The notes under the pieces are model-generated. The model saw only the letters and a program-made list of their open reading frames with translations. It had not been told where the DNA came from and ran no database searches. This document shows, piece by piece, positions 51,096 through 64,000 of a DNA stretch of 64,000 nucleotides; position 1 is the first letter of the stretch; each line of letters starts with the position of its first letter. This DNA is from Piromyces finnis finn (Eukaryota; Fungi; Neocallimastigomycota). A program made the position numbers and the translations under genes. Location: NCBI GenBank assembly GCA_002104945.1, contig MCFH01000072.1, forward strand, positions 62,001-126,000. Direction: 5' to 3'.

Positions 51096-54000
51096 ATGAA
51101 AATGTCATAATATACATAGTTATGAATTTATTTAATTATTTTTTAAACATGTTTAAAATTAAAATAAAATAATTTATTTACAAGAACATATAAAAGATAA
51201 TCAAGGTATAAATCCCACACAATACACTTATCTTAAAATATAAATAGATTAAAATATTAAAATAATATTTCTATCTTGAATTGTAAAAAAAGAAAAAATA
51301 GAAATATTTACACAAATATTTATTTCATCGTAATATCAACTATTTTTTATTATAAAAACATTAAAAAAAAAACACACACACACACACACATACATAAATA
51401 TATAATATAAAATAATAACAACAATAATAATAGAAATAATATTTCTTGTTAATCATAATATAATATTAGATTAATATAAATATTATTAATAAATTAATTT
51501 TCTAGATCTTAGTCTATTAAATTTATATTTTTTAATATAAAGAAAGTGAAACATTTTTTGAAATTTAATTAATAAAATACATTAAAAAACGGTTTTTTTT
51601 TTTATAAAAAAACTTTAAATTATCATTTAATAAGTTTTACTTTTTGAATTTAAATCATTTGAAAAGGTAAAGATAACCTTGTTATTAAAGAAATAGAGGA
51701 CACTTAAATACTGTATAACTGAAAAAAGAAAAGGAAAAAAAAAAGATACTTTTCCTTTTAATTTATTTTAAAAAATCTTTTTATCTTTAATAGTAAAGAA
51801 TTTCTATTAGTAGTTGTATATATTAATAGTACTATTATTAAAGTAGTACTTATTATTAAGTATTTTCAATACCAAATAAAATATTTAATGTTGTTGTATA
51901 TATTTAAAAAACAAAAGAATTTTAAATATAAATAGAAATATATACATATATTTTGATTTTTTCTATAGTAGTAAAAAAAAAAAAAAAAATCCAGTTTTTT
52001 TATTCCATCTTTCTAGTTTATTATAATTGTAATTATCATTATATTTAAAATTATAATAATAATATTAAAAAAAGACCGTCATTTTAAAAGACTAGAACAA
52101 TTTTTCAGTTTAAAATGTTTAATTAATTTTATTATGAGTATGGTTACATATAATGAAAATTTCATTCTATGATGTAACTAATTATTTCAACTTTAAAAAT
52201 TAGTCAAATATGATTAATTAATCAATGATAATTTTAATGGAAAAATTTATTTATCATCTTCATTATTTATATTAAAAATAAAAAAAAAAATTTACTGAAT
52301 TAAAATGTAAAAGAATTATAGATAAAATAGATAAAATAAAAAGACCTTTTTATAATTTTAATAATAAATAAGAATAGATTATAAAATAATATAACATGTA
52401 ATAGTATGTATAGTTTTATATAGTTTTATGATATAAAAAAAGTACAATAACTATATAATAAATGATTCATTAAAAAAAAAAAAGTATTTGCATTTATATT
52501 AGTAATTTATGCATTGTATATATTACAAATATAATTTAGTTTAAAAATCAATATGAAACATATATAATAATATATATATATAAATGTATAAAATATTCTA
52601 ATATATATTATATATTTTTTCTATTGTGTATTTTATATATAATTATATAGAAATCATGTAATATAAATTGTTAGAATATGTGAAACGTTATGTCACATGT
52701 ATTCAAATGTATTGAAATGTATTAAAACGTATTTGTATATATTGTATTTGATTATATGTTTAAGCCACAATGTAAATGTATAAATACATGTAGTTTGAGA
52801 AGAATGTAACGCAAGTAGTTCTTTATCATAAAATATATTAATAAAGTTGACATAATTATAAACCTAAATTAAACAACTCTTAATATAAATCTTAAGATAA
52901 ATTGAAAATCCTTTTTAATTTAATTAAAGTAGTACATATTAATACTATATTAAACTTTAATTTTAATAAAAAATATATTTCATAATGATTATTTTATCAA
53001 ATATTAAGAATAAGGTTTCTTCCTTTTTTTTAATATAATAAATACATTAAATATGCTATTTAATTCATATTTAAGTAATGTACCACATATTAATAAATAA
53101 TGAAAGAATTTGTGGATGATCATTTCTAATTCCTTTAAATCCTTAAAAAAGAATTTTTATTTAGAAACTTAATTTTTATATAAAATTATTAAATGTTTTT
53201 TTAAAAAATACTATTTTCATTATAATTTTAAACGTTAGTATAAAACAAATATAAGCTTATTTTTTCAAAATAATAATATACGAAGAGTATTTAAAATTGA
53301 GTATTATCTTTTACATAACAATTATAAATTATAAAGAAATAGTTATATAAAAAATAGGGGATATACTAATTCTAATTGTACTCCTATTGTTTCTGTGGCT
53401 GGTGAATAACAATTGAAATGATAGTTTTTTTAAAAAAGTCATATCAAAGGTTTAATATTTAATTAGATTATATAAAAAATAAATATAAATAAAGTTAATA
53501 TTATTTAGTAGATTTTTATTTATGATAAAACCTTTATTACATTGAATTATTAATATATCTTTTTTTTTTTAAAAAAAATGGAATAGTATTATAGTATGTG
53601 TGTCATTATTATAAATTCTTATCCAATAAAATATTAATTAAACTTTTTACTTTATATTAATTTTTTATTATTGTACACAATTTAATATCATTACCTATTA
53701 TTTTTAATATAATATATAAAAGCAAAAATTTCTCTATTCATTTAATTTTTTTCAAAAAAAAAAACAAAAATATAGTAAATATAAAAAATAAACAATAAAT
53801 ATAAATAATAAATAATAAATCAAAATTAAAGAATAAAAATAAATTAAAAAATATATATAATTTTTAAACCTTTATATAATAATTTGAATTGATAGAAATA
53901 AGTGGTTTAAAAATAATTAAAAAAAAAAAACTTTTAATATTGAGAAAAAAAGAAATGAAAATATAATATTTTTTTTTCAAAAACAATAAAACACAAATTT

Positions 54001-54233
54001 AAAGAAAATTTTTATCAAAATAAAATATATGTTTAAGATTTTTCTTTAAAAAGAAGCAAACAAAACAAAAACAACAACTATAAATAATTATCATTATTTT
54101 ATAATGTTGAAATTTTAAACATATATAATAATATAAAAAAATCAAAAGAAAAAAATAATTAAAATTTTATTATTTATTATTATAAATAATACTTATTAAA
54201 TAGATATAATTTTATTAAAAAACTAAAATAAAA

Positions 54234-56477
54234 ATGTTAAAAGTAAGGAAAAGAATAGACGGTATACCTATATTTGATAAATTAGATAGACCATTATATC
54301 ACTTAAATTCAGAAAATGAAATAAATAAATATATGGTAGTAGTGGATGAGATTAATAATATAGAAGGACATTATATAAAATTAGATGATTGTTTAAAAGA
54401 AAAATATGAGAAAATGAATATATATACCAAATCACCATTATCTAATAATACATATATTATAGAAGATCAATCGTCAATAAAATCAGTACTTGGCTGGATA
54501 AATAAATGGAATAATAAAAAGAAAATTTCAAAAAATTTTAAAATCAGAAAATCAAAATCAAAATATATAGGCAATTTAAATAACGAAATACCTCTTATTA
54601 TTAAACTTTTTAAGTATAATAAAAATAAGAAAATTGAAATGAACACAATTCATTTAAATGTTTACGCTGATGAAAATATATTAAATATAAAAGATAAATC
54701 AAAAAAGTTAAAAAAGAATTTAAAGCCAGTTGAAAATAAGAAAAAACAAAACAAGAAAACTACTCCAAATCTTTTATGTATACCAATTAAATCAACAAAA
54801 TTTAACTGGTTAAAGAAAAAAGAACAAAAAGAATTTGATGCTAATATGTCAATTGACGATTTTCAATTCCAAAGCTCTGATTTAAAAAGCTTTTTACCAA
54901 TCAAATCCAATAATATATTTGAACAAAGTAACTTTAAAACAGAAGAAGATAAAGGAATGGATATCAATGTTGATAAAATGTTAGATGATAAAGAAATAAA
55001 AAATTCTTTAAAGAGAGAAAGTAATAGTGAAATAATAAGAGAAAATTGTAAAAAGAGAAATGTAAAAACTGAAATGATAAATGAACAAAAGAACGATCAA
55101 AAAAATACTGGTAAAAATAAACAATGCTTACAATCATTAGTAATACCAACTAATAATTTATATAAATTAAATAATAATTCAGCTAAAAATTTATCAGCTT
55201 CAACTCTTGGTAACAATGAATATTTTGATTGCCCAAAATATCAAGAAGCAACTTCATACATGCCATCACCATGCAATTCAACAGCATCTACATTGGTATC
55301 ACCAGTAGCATCTGTTTCCCCTAAAATAGAATCAAAATTTGAAATAGATTCTTGTGATTATGCTGATTTTTTAAAAGAGAGAATTAATGAACAATCAGAA
55401 AATAACGAAGTTACTGATTTAGAAAGAAAGCATTGTTCATTACCATTATGTCCAGAAAATATAAAAAATAGAAAAACTCGTAGAAGATCATATGCATTTT
55501 CATTGACTTCAAATGAATTTAATTTAATATATTCTGAAGCTAATCAAGCTGTTATTTCAGGGTTATGTAAAACCGTTGAAAATAAACAAAATAAGAAAAG
55601 TGAAAGAGAGAAACTTACCACAAAAAAGGATGAAGGTGAAAAACCATTTATTAAAGGTCACTCTAGAACGCAATCTAGACACCGTCGTTCTCATGCTGTT
55701 TGTCTCTCAAGTGAACAAATATTAAACTTTGGTAATGAAGATGACTCAAAACAAATTAATAATGGAGTTTCCTTATCTTCATATGCTATATTAAATTCAA
55801 ATTCAAAAACTAATAAAGATACCCAACTTAAGAGAAGAAGCACAAATATAATTAAATATAAAAATTCTAATTCATCTCTTAGTTCTTCAAATAGTTTTTG
55901 TAGTAATTCAGGAAATATGAGACCTCTATCAACAAACAGGTTATCTCGTGATATTGAATTATTAAGAGCTATGAAAATGAAAAGAAGTAGATCCGTACCA
56001 AAATTGGATCAACCGGAATCAAATAGAAGTCCTTCTAATTCAAGATTTAGTATGGATGTTACTTCTTATAAAGAAAATATTGGAATAAGTCTTCATAGTA
56101 ATTCAACAAATAGTCTTACTCCTCCAAGTAATATTGTATATTATTCTTTTAATAATAAAAATGAAAATAATTCTATGTTGGATGGATATAAAAAAAATAA
56201 CAATCGTGGAAGTTATGGTTTATTTACTGATACTATTAATCAAAAAACCAATATAACAAGTCGATGGAGTAATGTTTTTGAAAGCAGTAGTTGTGGAAGT
56301 AGTACCTATTGTAATAGTGAAGAAGATGGTTTTCATAATAATGGAATAGTCAATTCCAAGGAAGATTTATTAAATTTTGAATTAGCTAATAAGAGTTTTA
56401 ATGAATCAATTCAAAATGAATCACCGGAAATCATTGTTCAACGTCCACCACCAACACCAATGATTGGAATGCTATAA
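54234..56477 (+). CDS. Hypothetical 747-aa K/N/S-rich protein, single exon
   Basis: Long uninterrupted ORF in stop-rich DNA; no family recognised; largely low-complexity with several RRxS motifs. Confidence 0.6.
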   Translation: MLKVRKRIDGIPIFDKLDRPLYHLNSENEINKYMVVVDEINNIEGHYIKLDDCLKEKYEKMNIYTKSPLSNNTYIIEDQSSIKSVLGWINKWNNKKKISKNFKIRKSKSKYIGNLNNEIPLIIKLFKYNKNKKIEMNTIHLNVYADENILNIKDKSKKLKKNLKPVENKKKQNKKTTPNLLCIPIKSTKFNWLKKKEQKEFDANMSIDDFQFQSSDLKSFLPIKSNNIFEQSNFKTEEDKGMDINVDKMLDDKEIKNSLKRESNSEIIRENCKKRNVKTEMINEQKNDQKNTGKNKQCLQSLVIPTNNLYKLNNNSAKNLSASTLGNNEYFDCPKYQEATSYMPSPCNSTASTLVSPVASVSPKIESKFEIDSCDYADFLKERINEQSENNEVTDLERKHCSLPLCPENIKNRKTRRRSYAFSLTSNEFNLIYSEANQAVISGLCKTVENKQNKKSEREKLTTKKDEGEKPFIKGHSRTQSRHRRSHAVCLSSEQILNFGNEDDSKQINNGVSLSSYAILNSNSKTNKDTQLKRRSTNIIKYKNSNSSLSSSNSFCSNSGNMRPLSTNRLSRDIELLRAMKMKRSRSVPKLDQPESNRSPSNSRFSMDVTSYKENIGISLHSNSTNSLTPPSNIVYYSFNNKNENNSMLDGYKKNNNRGSYGLFTDTINQKTNITSRWSNVFESSSCGSSTYCNSEEDGFHNNGIVNSKEDLLNFELANKSFNESIQNESPEIIVQRPPPTPMIGML

Positions 56478-59258
56478 ATAAAGAAAAATTACATAGGTTT
56501 ATTCCTGTTATTTTATAAAAAAAAATGAAATAAATATATAATATAGAAAAAATTTATCAAATTTAGATTTTATAGATATACCTTTGAATACCAATAAACA
56601 ATTAATATATAAAAAATAAATCAAAGATAAAGGTTAAAGCCAAAAACCAATATAAAATATATTATTAACAAAACAACATAATAATAATACTAAAAAAGAA
56701 GTATAACAATAATAATAACAATAACATTACTAAATAATATTAAATAATCTTATTAATATCAACTTTTTGTAAGGTAAATAATATTAAATAAAATATATAT
56801 TTTATTTATATATTATTTATCTTAATTTTTCTAGAAAAAAATATATATAATATATTATACCAATAAACACTCTAAAGCATGCAGGAATTAATAATAATGA
56901 ATTATTAAAGGATTCACTATTAATTAATTATTAAATCAAACAAAACTAATAATAAGTTTAGAGAAATTTAAAAATTTAGATTTCTTATAATAAATAATTA
57001 AAAATCAAACTATTATAAAAATTATATGTAATAAAATAAAACAATAGTATTATTTTTAATTATTAAATTATTTATAAATATAGAGTGAAAGAGGAAAAGT
57101 AAAAATATAAAAAGAATAGATTATTAATTTATTTATATATATAATAATTATAGTTTAAATATTCTTTATATATTTTTCTTTTTACTCATTCACACATCAT
57201 AATAGATAAAAATATTTATTTTATCATTTTTTTTTTTTTATTTTATTATTTAGAAAAAAAGAATAATAATAAAAATATAGATAACTTTATATAGTTTTTT
57301 TATGTTTTTTCTTTTTTTTTTTTTTAAAAAAAAAAAAAAGTTAGTAAAAAAAAAAAAAAAAAAAGAACAAAGAACAAATAAATAAATTAGTAAATTTAAA
57401 GTTATAAAAAAAAAAAAAGGAAGTATATTTTGTGTAAAAAAGTTATTTGATTCATTATTAAAGATTTTGATTTGATTTTACTAAATTTTTATATTTGTTA
57501 ATCGAGTGGTTTAAACAACCAGTAAATAGTGTTATCAAAACAAGAAAGTTAAAAAAACCTTTTTTTTTAATAAAGTAATTATTGTATATCACTATATATA
57601 AATTTAATTGTATTTTATTCATTTCATTGAGCAAAAGTTAATTATTTTACTAATATACATTTTTTTTCTTTTATTTTGTTATTAATAAAAGCAATGCATA
57701 TTAGAAGTGAAAAAAAAAAAAAAAAAAAATTTGTTATTAAAAACAACTAACATTCAATATTTTATTGTTAAATTTTATTGTTATTTAAATATATATACAA
57801 TTGAGTAAAATCAAGTAATAGTTTTATATATATTAAATGAAATAAATCTTTAATATTTATAAGACTCTGTATTAATTCTTAAAATTCTATTTCTTATTTC
57901 TTTTTTCCTTTTTCTTTTCTTTTTTTTTTAACATTTTATTTGTAAAATAAGAAATATAAGGTTTTATATGATAAAATTTATTTTAATATTAGTTATAATT
58001 TAATGCATGATAATTGTTAATTAGTTAGATTTATTCTTAAAAAAAGGTAAATTGTTAATCATTACTAGATAATTCACTTTATTAAAGTTTTTCATTCATT
58101 TTCTATATTATTTTGATGAATTAATAAATAGAGTTTAATTATTAAATCTATTTTTTGAAACCTTAATAGTTTTTTATTTTACCGAAGATATAATGAATAA
58201 TGAATAAAAGTAGATATTCTTTTTATTTTGAAAATTTAATTATTAAATTTTAAAAAATATAAAAGTTTAAAATGTTTTTTAGAAATTATCATCTAATTTC
58301 TATTAGGATATATGAATAAAGTAAAAATCTTAATTTATAAGAAATGTTAAAATAAGAATAAGAATAAAAATATATATTTATAACTATGGAAATAATAATA
58401 TTATAATTTATGATGTTTTTATAATTTTTATTTGTATTATATGTTAAAAATTATATTATCTTTAATGTTGAAAAAATAAAAAAGAAAAGTTAAAAAAAAA
58501 GAGAATTTTAAGGATACTTAATACTTTTTTTTTTTTTTTTTGATTTAAAAGAATAACCATATATACCCATATATATATCTTTTGTTTTTCCTTTTTATAT
58601 ATATATAAAGAAAAAATATATAATATATATATTTTCATTTTATACCTTAAACATATTTGGATAAGCGATTGTTAATATATAATATATAATACAATAATAC
58701 AATAATACAATAAAGTATTTTATTTATTTTATAATTTTGGAATATAAAGGAAATTTTAACAAAGAATATATATTTAAATAATTATAAAAATTATATATCA
58801 TATAGCTAAGAATATAGTTATATGTTATAATAATTTATTTGTATATGCAAAATCATATGGAAGAGGGATCTCTATTAGTGAAAGAACTAAAAATGAATAA
58901 TAAGGTTACAAAAGATTTAATATATAAAATACTAAATATAGCATTATAATTTTTTTATATTCATTTATTCAGAATAACTATATAAATACTCTCAATTCGA
59001 TTATTTAAATATACCAATATTATATAAGAAAGCTCTAATAATTCTGGATATTATTATTAATATTTTAATAATATTAATAATAATAATAATAAACAAATAT
59101 TAATAACAATAATATTATAAGATAAAAAAATAAACATACTATTTGAAGAATAAATATTATCAAAACATTTATTATAACATTATATTTTGATTATTATTAT
59201 TTTTTTTTCGGTATAACTCAACATTTATAATATTACAATACAAATCGTATAAAAACAA

Positions 59259-59320
59259 ATGACAGAAATAATCAACAATACTAATACTAATATTAATACT
59301 ACTACTACTACTACTACTAC

Positions 59321-59357
<37 letters not shown>

Positions 59358-62300
59358 AACAATAACAATAATAACAATAACAATAATAATAATTATAATG
59401 ATATAGAATATTATAAAGAATTATGTAAAAAAGTACAACCATTTTTATCAGATCATATACGAAAATACCTACAAACAATAACCAATGTAAAAAGTCTTAC
59501 CCCACAAGCATTACCATGCTATGGAATTGTTGTTATAGCAGATATTAGTGGTACTTTTCATTAATAATTTATTGCAATCTTATCTCTTATAAAAAAACAT
59601 CTTCGATCAAATATATATACATATTTTTTAAAGAATATTAATACTTAAATTACTTGCTAATAATTATTTTTGCCATATATATAAATATGTGTACTTCAAA
59701 TATAAATGTAATCATTTAACAGGATACAGTAAATTAGCATCAATACTAGCAGAGCAAGGCAGTATTGGTGCAGAAGTATTATCAAAAACAATGAATGGAT
59801 ATTTAGATATGCTAATTGATGTAATTACAAGTTATGGAGGAGATCTAAGTAAATTTTTTTATTCATTTTAATATACTATATTATATATAATAAAAACAAT
59901 AATTATATGTTTGAAATTATTAATTATAATACTAAATTATTTCTTATTTGAAATCAAATAGTAAAATTTGCAGGTAAGATTATTTAATTTTTTCATAATC
60001 ATTAATTACATTTTAAAATCATATGGATTAAATTATATTTTATATATTTTATATAATATTTATATATACATATTATATTATAACCAAATATTTTATCAAA
60101 AAAATGATTAAATAAAAAATATGATACAAAAACCAAAAAACTTTTTCTAAAAATAAAAAAACATAACAGGTGATGCTGTAATATTTTGTTGGACATATGA
60201 TCTTGGCAATGATATTGTGGAAAATACTGATTATGCAATTAATTTTTTTGATACTGGATATATGATAATAAATGTAATTATGTGTTGTTTGGAATTAATT
60301 AAAACAGTAAATGAAAATCCAATCTATATTCCTGGTTATCAAACAGTACTGGGTTTACATATGGCATTAGGTGCAGGAAATATGTTTCATATTCATGTAG
60401 GAGGTCCTCCTGGACGTTGGGAACATTTTATTGCAGGTAAAAATTAATAATTACATTATTTAATATTTTATTTTATTTTTTAATATAAATTGATAAAAGC
60501 TATGTAAAAAAAAAAAAAAAATAAAATCTATCATTATATCATGAAAATAAATTCTAATGTAATTAATTAAATATTTTATCAAAACAAAATTCTATAGGAA
60601 ATGTAACAACACAATTATCTAAATTGCTTGATGAAGCAAAATCAGGTATGTTATAGAAAAATAAATATAAATATTCAATTTTAAATATTCATCTCTAAAT
60701 AAAAAAAATAATTTATTAAAAAGTAAAAAATAAATAAACTATATTAATATATGCATATATAATCAATTAAAATAAATAAATAAATAAATATGATATATAT
60801 AGGGCAAATTGCAATATCTAATCAAGCATGGAAATATATTAAAGGTTTCACCGATGAATTTAAAAAACATTTGACAATAAATAATAATGGAGATGGATGT
60901 GTAATTATTGAAAGCGGGAAAATTCCAGATAATATTTTCAATATTGATAAAAAGAATCTTAGAAGTAATAGTGGAGCAAAGGAAGCGTGTTTTGATAAAG
61001 ATTTATATAATAAATGGCGATATTATGTAAATGTTAGTGCATTACATAAAATGGAAAGCGGTATCAGTAATCTTATAGAATTCAATGAGTTAAGAAAGGT
61101 TACCACGGTTTTTATACGGCTAACACAAATTAAATTTAATAGTAAAGATGATTTACAAATAGCACAGGAAGCGTTAAGTGCTGTTCAACGTATATTAGCC
61201 GTTCAAGAAGGAACGCTAAGGCAATTCTTATATGATGATAAAGGAGCTGTTATATTACTATATTTTGGTATACCTCCATACTCTCATAATAATGATGCAT
61301 TAAATGGTATTGAATCAGCATTGCAAATATGCTCAAATTTAAAAAGAATTTTAGATGATTTTACAATTGGTGTAGGTACTGGGATGACATGGGTTGGTGG
61401 TATTGTTAGTATTCATGATTTTTTAATCAATCTACTACTATTAATAATAATGTAATCTATTAAAAATCCATAAATTTAATTATATATTAATTATTATATT
61501 TTCTTAAAAAAAATTAGGGAAATAGAATTCGTTCAGATTATTCAGTGGTATATATCTTGTATAATTTGTCTAATTTATAATATTTTTAAAATTAATAAAT
61601 ATAAAAATTCTAAATGTATATATGCATACATAAAATATAATAATATTATTATCATTTTTTTCAAAATAGGTTGGAGATTCAGTAAATATGGCTGGTAACA
61701 TCTAAACTATTATATTAAGTAATTAATTAGAAATGAATAAATTTTATTAAAAAATTTTTTTTTATTTTATTATAAAAACTTATTAATAAATAATAGCACG
61801 TTTAATGATGAAAGCAAAAAAAGGTAAAATATATTGTGATGAAACAACATATTCACTATCACGAGATTCTGTACAATATGAAGATATTGGTTTAGTAGAA
61901 GTTAAAGGAAAAGCTAATTCAATTAAGGTATATCAACCAATTAAAATGAAGTCAAGAATAACAGACGAAAGAATACCTGGAAATTCAGAAGATATTATTG
62001 AATTAATTGGAAGAGAAAAAGAAATATCAATAATAAAGAGAGAATTAATTGAATATGATAGAAACGGCAATAATAAAACAATTATTGTGGAAGGTGATGA
62101 AGGTTTGGGGTTAATTCCTTTGGAAGATAAATTAATATATGAATCAAAAAAATTAAAATTTAATATATGGTAATATTTAATATTATATATATATTTTAAC
62201 ATATATATTTATACTTATTTTTATTTATATTATAATAAAATAAAAATAAACCATTTTTATTAAATAATAATAATATAATTAAAATAAAAAATGAATATAT

Positions 62301-64000
62301 AAAAAAAGTTTTGGATTTTCAAGAAAGAAAGATAAAGCCACTCCGTATTCTACATATTATCAAGTAATTCTTGGATTGTTTAGATTAATTAAAAAAATAA
62401 GTTCAATTAAACCTATTATGGAAAATTTAAAATCGGATAATTATCAATCAACAACAGATGATATACAGGTATATACATTTGAAAGTGCAAGAATGTCGGA
62501 TGAACTAATTAATTCAAAATATAAAAGTCTTCGTATAGAGGATACAATGTATTACTCAGGGAGTTTGAGTAGTACAAATAGTAATCAAAGTAATTTAGTG
62601 CCCTCGAATTCAGATATAATAAATACACCTGTGAGTATGTTAAATAATCAAACTATTAATCAATTATTATATAAACATGAATTATATAGTGAAAATGATG
62701 GTGAAATGGTGATGACGAAATCAAAATCCTTTGATAATAAATCATCAGGGTCTAATATTGATATAAAAGAACTACGATCGAATAGTAGAAGTGATCAAAG
62801 TTATAGTGAAAATAATGGATTACTTGGTTTAGAAAAAGATATAATTGATGGTTTACTTTATCTTGGTGAAAATATAGAATTAGCACCATTACTCTCAATA
62901 GCCATACCTGAAACAAATTTTCCTATAGGAGAATCATTGAAAAAGATTAATAATCAAACAAAGATTAATGAATTAAATAATTTAATTATTAGAATATTAA
63001 TAAAAGTATCTTATAGAGTTCCATTAGTAATTATTATTGATCATTTACAATGGTCGGATCCATTATCATGGAAATTAACAGAACTTATTTTCCAACAAAA
63101 ACCAAAACTATTATTTTGTTTATTTAGTTTTCCGGATTCTAGCTATTCATCTAAAGAAAAAGGTGTTCAAATATTTCAAAAAATGAAAAATTCTAATTCA
63201 CGAAAAATAATTCTTAACGGAGTATCGGAAGATGCTACATGCGAAATTATAAAGCGTCTATGTACTGCAAAATTCAATACACCGTGTAATGGAGTATCAA
63301 CGAAAATTTTAAATATTATATATCAAAAAACACAAGGTAAAATTTAAAAATAAAAACAACTGATACTTATATTACAAAAAATTATTAATGTAATTTATTA
63401 ACATATAATAGGTATACCAATGTTTGTGAGAAGAATGGTAACATGGATGTTAGATGAAGGAAAAGCATGTAAATTGGATAATTTGGGTTATCTAACTGTA
63501 CTTACTGATGATCTTGAAGAAATTATACCCGGTGGAGATCTTGAGAGTATTATTATTACCCAATTTGATAGATTACAAAATAATATGCAATCATTTCTTC
63601 GAGTAGCATCTGTTATTGGACAACAATTCTATGTATTTGATATAATGCAGTATTTATATTCAGTGTATAAGAAAAATCTTAATCAATTACAAGAAATTAA
63701 ATATCTTGACATTGATAAATTAGATAAATATAATTTTTTAAAGAAGGTAGATTCACCAAATGAAAGTAGTTGGCTATTTGATTGTTATATGTTCATTAGT
63801 TCAAATGTTCAAAAATCTATCTATAAAATGATGACATTTGATCAAAGAACAAAAATTCATTCATTTCTTGCTCATTATTATGAACAACAATATTTAGATT
63901 GTCCTGATAAAAAAAATCTCTTAGTAATTGTATATGAACATTTTTCACATACTAATAAAAGGAAAAAGACCAGAAAATACCTTGAATTAGTATGTAAATA
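59259..64000 (+). CDS. Soluble adenylyl cyclase-like (ADCY10/sAC-type) protein: two class III cyclase domains + STAND-type P-loop region; 3'-truncated by the window edge
   Basis: C1: IADISGYSKL, GAEVLS, GGDLIKFAGDA, LHMALGAG. C2: ELRKVTTVF, QFLYDDKG..FGIPP..SH.NDA, GNRIRSDYSVVGDSVNMAARLM. Then LIGREKE, IIVEGDEGLG, PLVIIIDHLQWSDPLSW, KTQGIPMFV. Confidence 0.85.

Noticed and set aside
52678-52725. TGTGA...TCACA inverted repeat and four 10-bp ATGTATT-containing repeats
   Set aside because: The spacer is 9 nt rather than the 6 nt of a CRP site, the context is eukaryotic, and such short repeats are expected in AT-rich DNA.
53353-53413. Two small hairpins in a locally GC-richer patch (possible H/ACA snoRNA)
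   Set aside because: No ANANNA hinge between the hairpins and no terminal ACA; too weak to call.

Overview
Very AT-rich, intron-rich eukaryotic DNA with short GT-AG introns, poly-A/T tracts and (TAAA)n arrays. Gene content is fungal (TTM-type CET1, DMA1-like FHA-RING ligase, yeast-type GluRS). An anaerobic gut fungus (Neocallimastigomycota) is my inference from composition and gene content, not something I could verify. Gene order: a giant acidic-repeat/multi-TM orphan gene (-), CET1 (+), LARP7-like (-), LEO1 (+), DMA1 (+), UTP15 (+), an atypical CK2-alpha with a hydrophobic N-terminal extension (-), a small secreted Cys-rich protein (+), GluRS fused in-frame to an EMAPII/Arc1p-type tRNA-binding domain (+), PRMT5 (+), two tandem ABC-F paralogues with patchwork identity, an orphan ORF, and a truncated soluble-adenylyl-cyclase (ADCY10-like) gene. 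A full-length 5.5 kb LINE with a 15-bp target-site duplication and poly(A) tail, plus a LINE relic, lies between the ABC-F genes. The LINE is the most striking item. Its first ~225 nt fold into six closely packed hairpins, followed directly by a consensus splice donor. ORF1 and ORF2 share one frame separated by a single TAA, and there is no in-frame ATG before the first endonuclease motifs. Together these suggest a retroelement whose expression is controlled by RNA structure and splicing or readthrough (hypothesis). All gene models were spliced by hand, and no database searches or folding programs were run.
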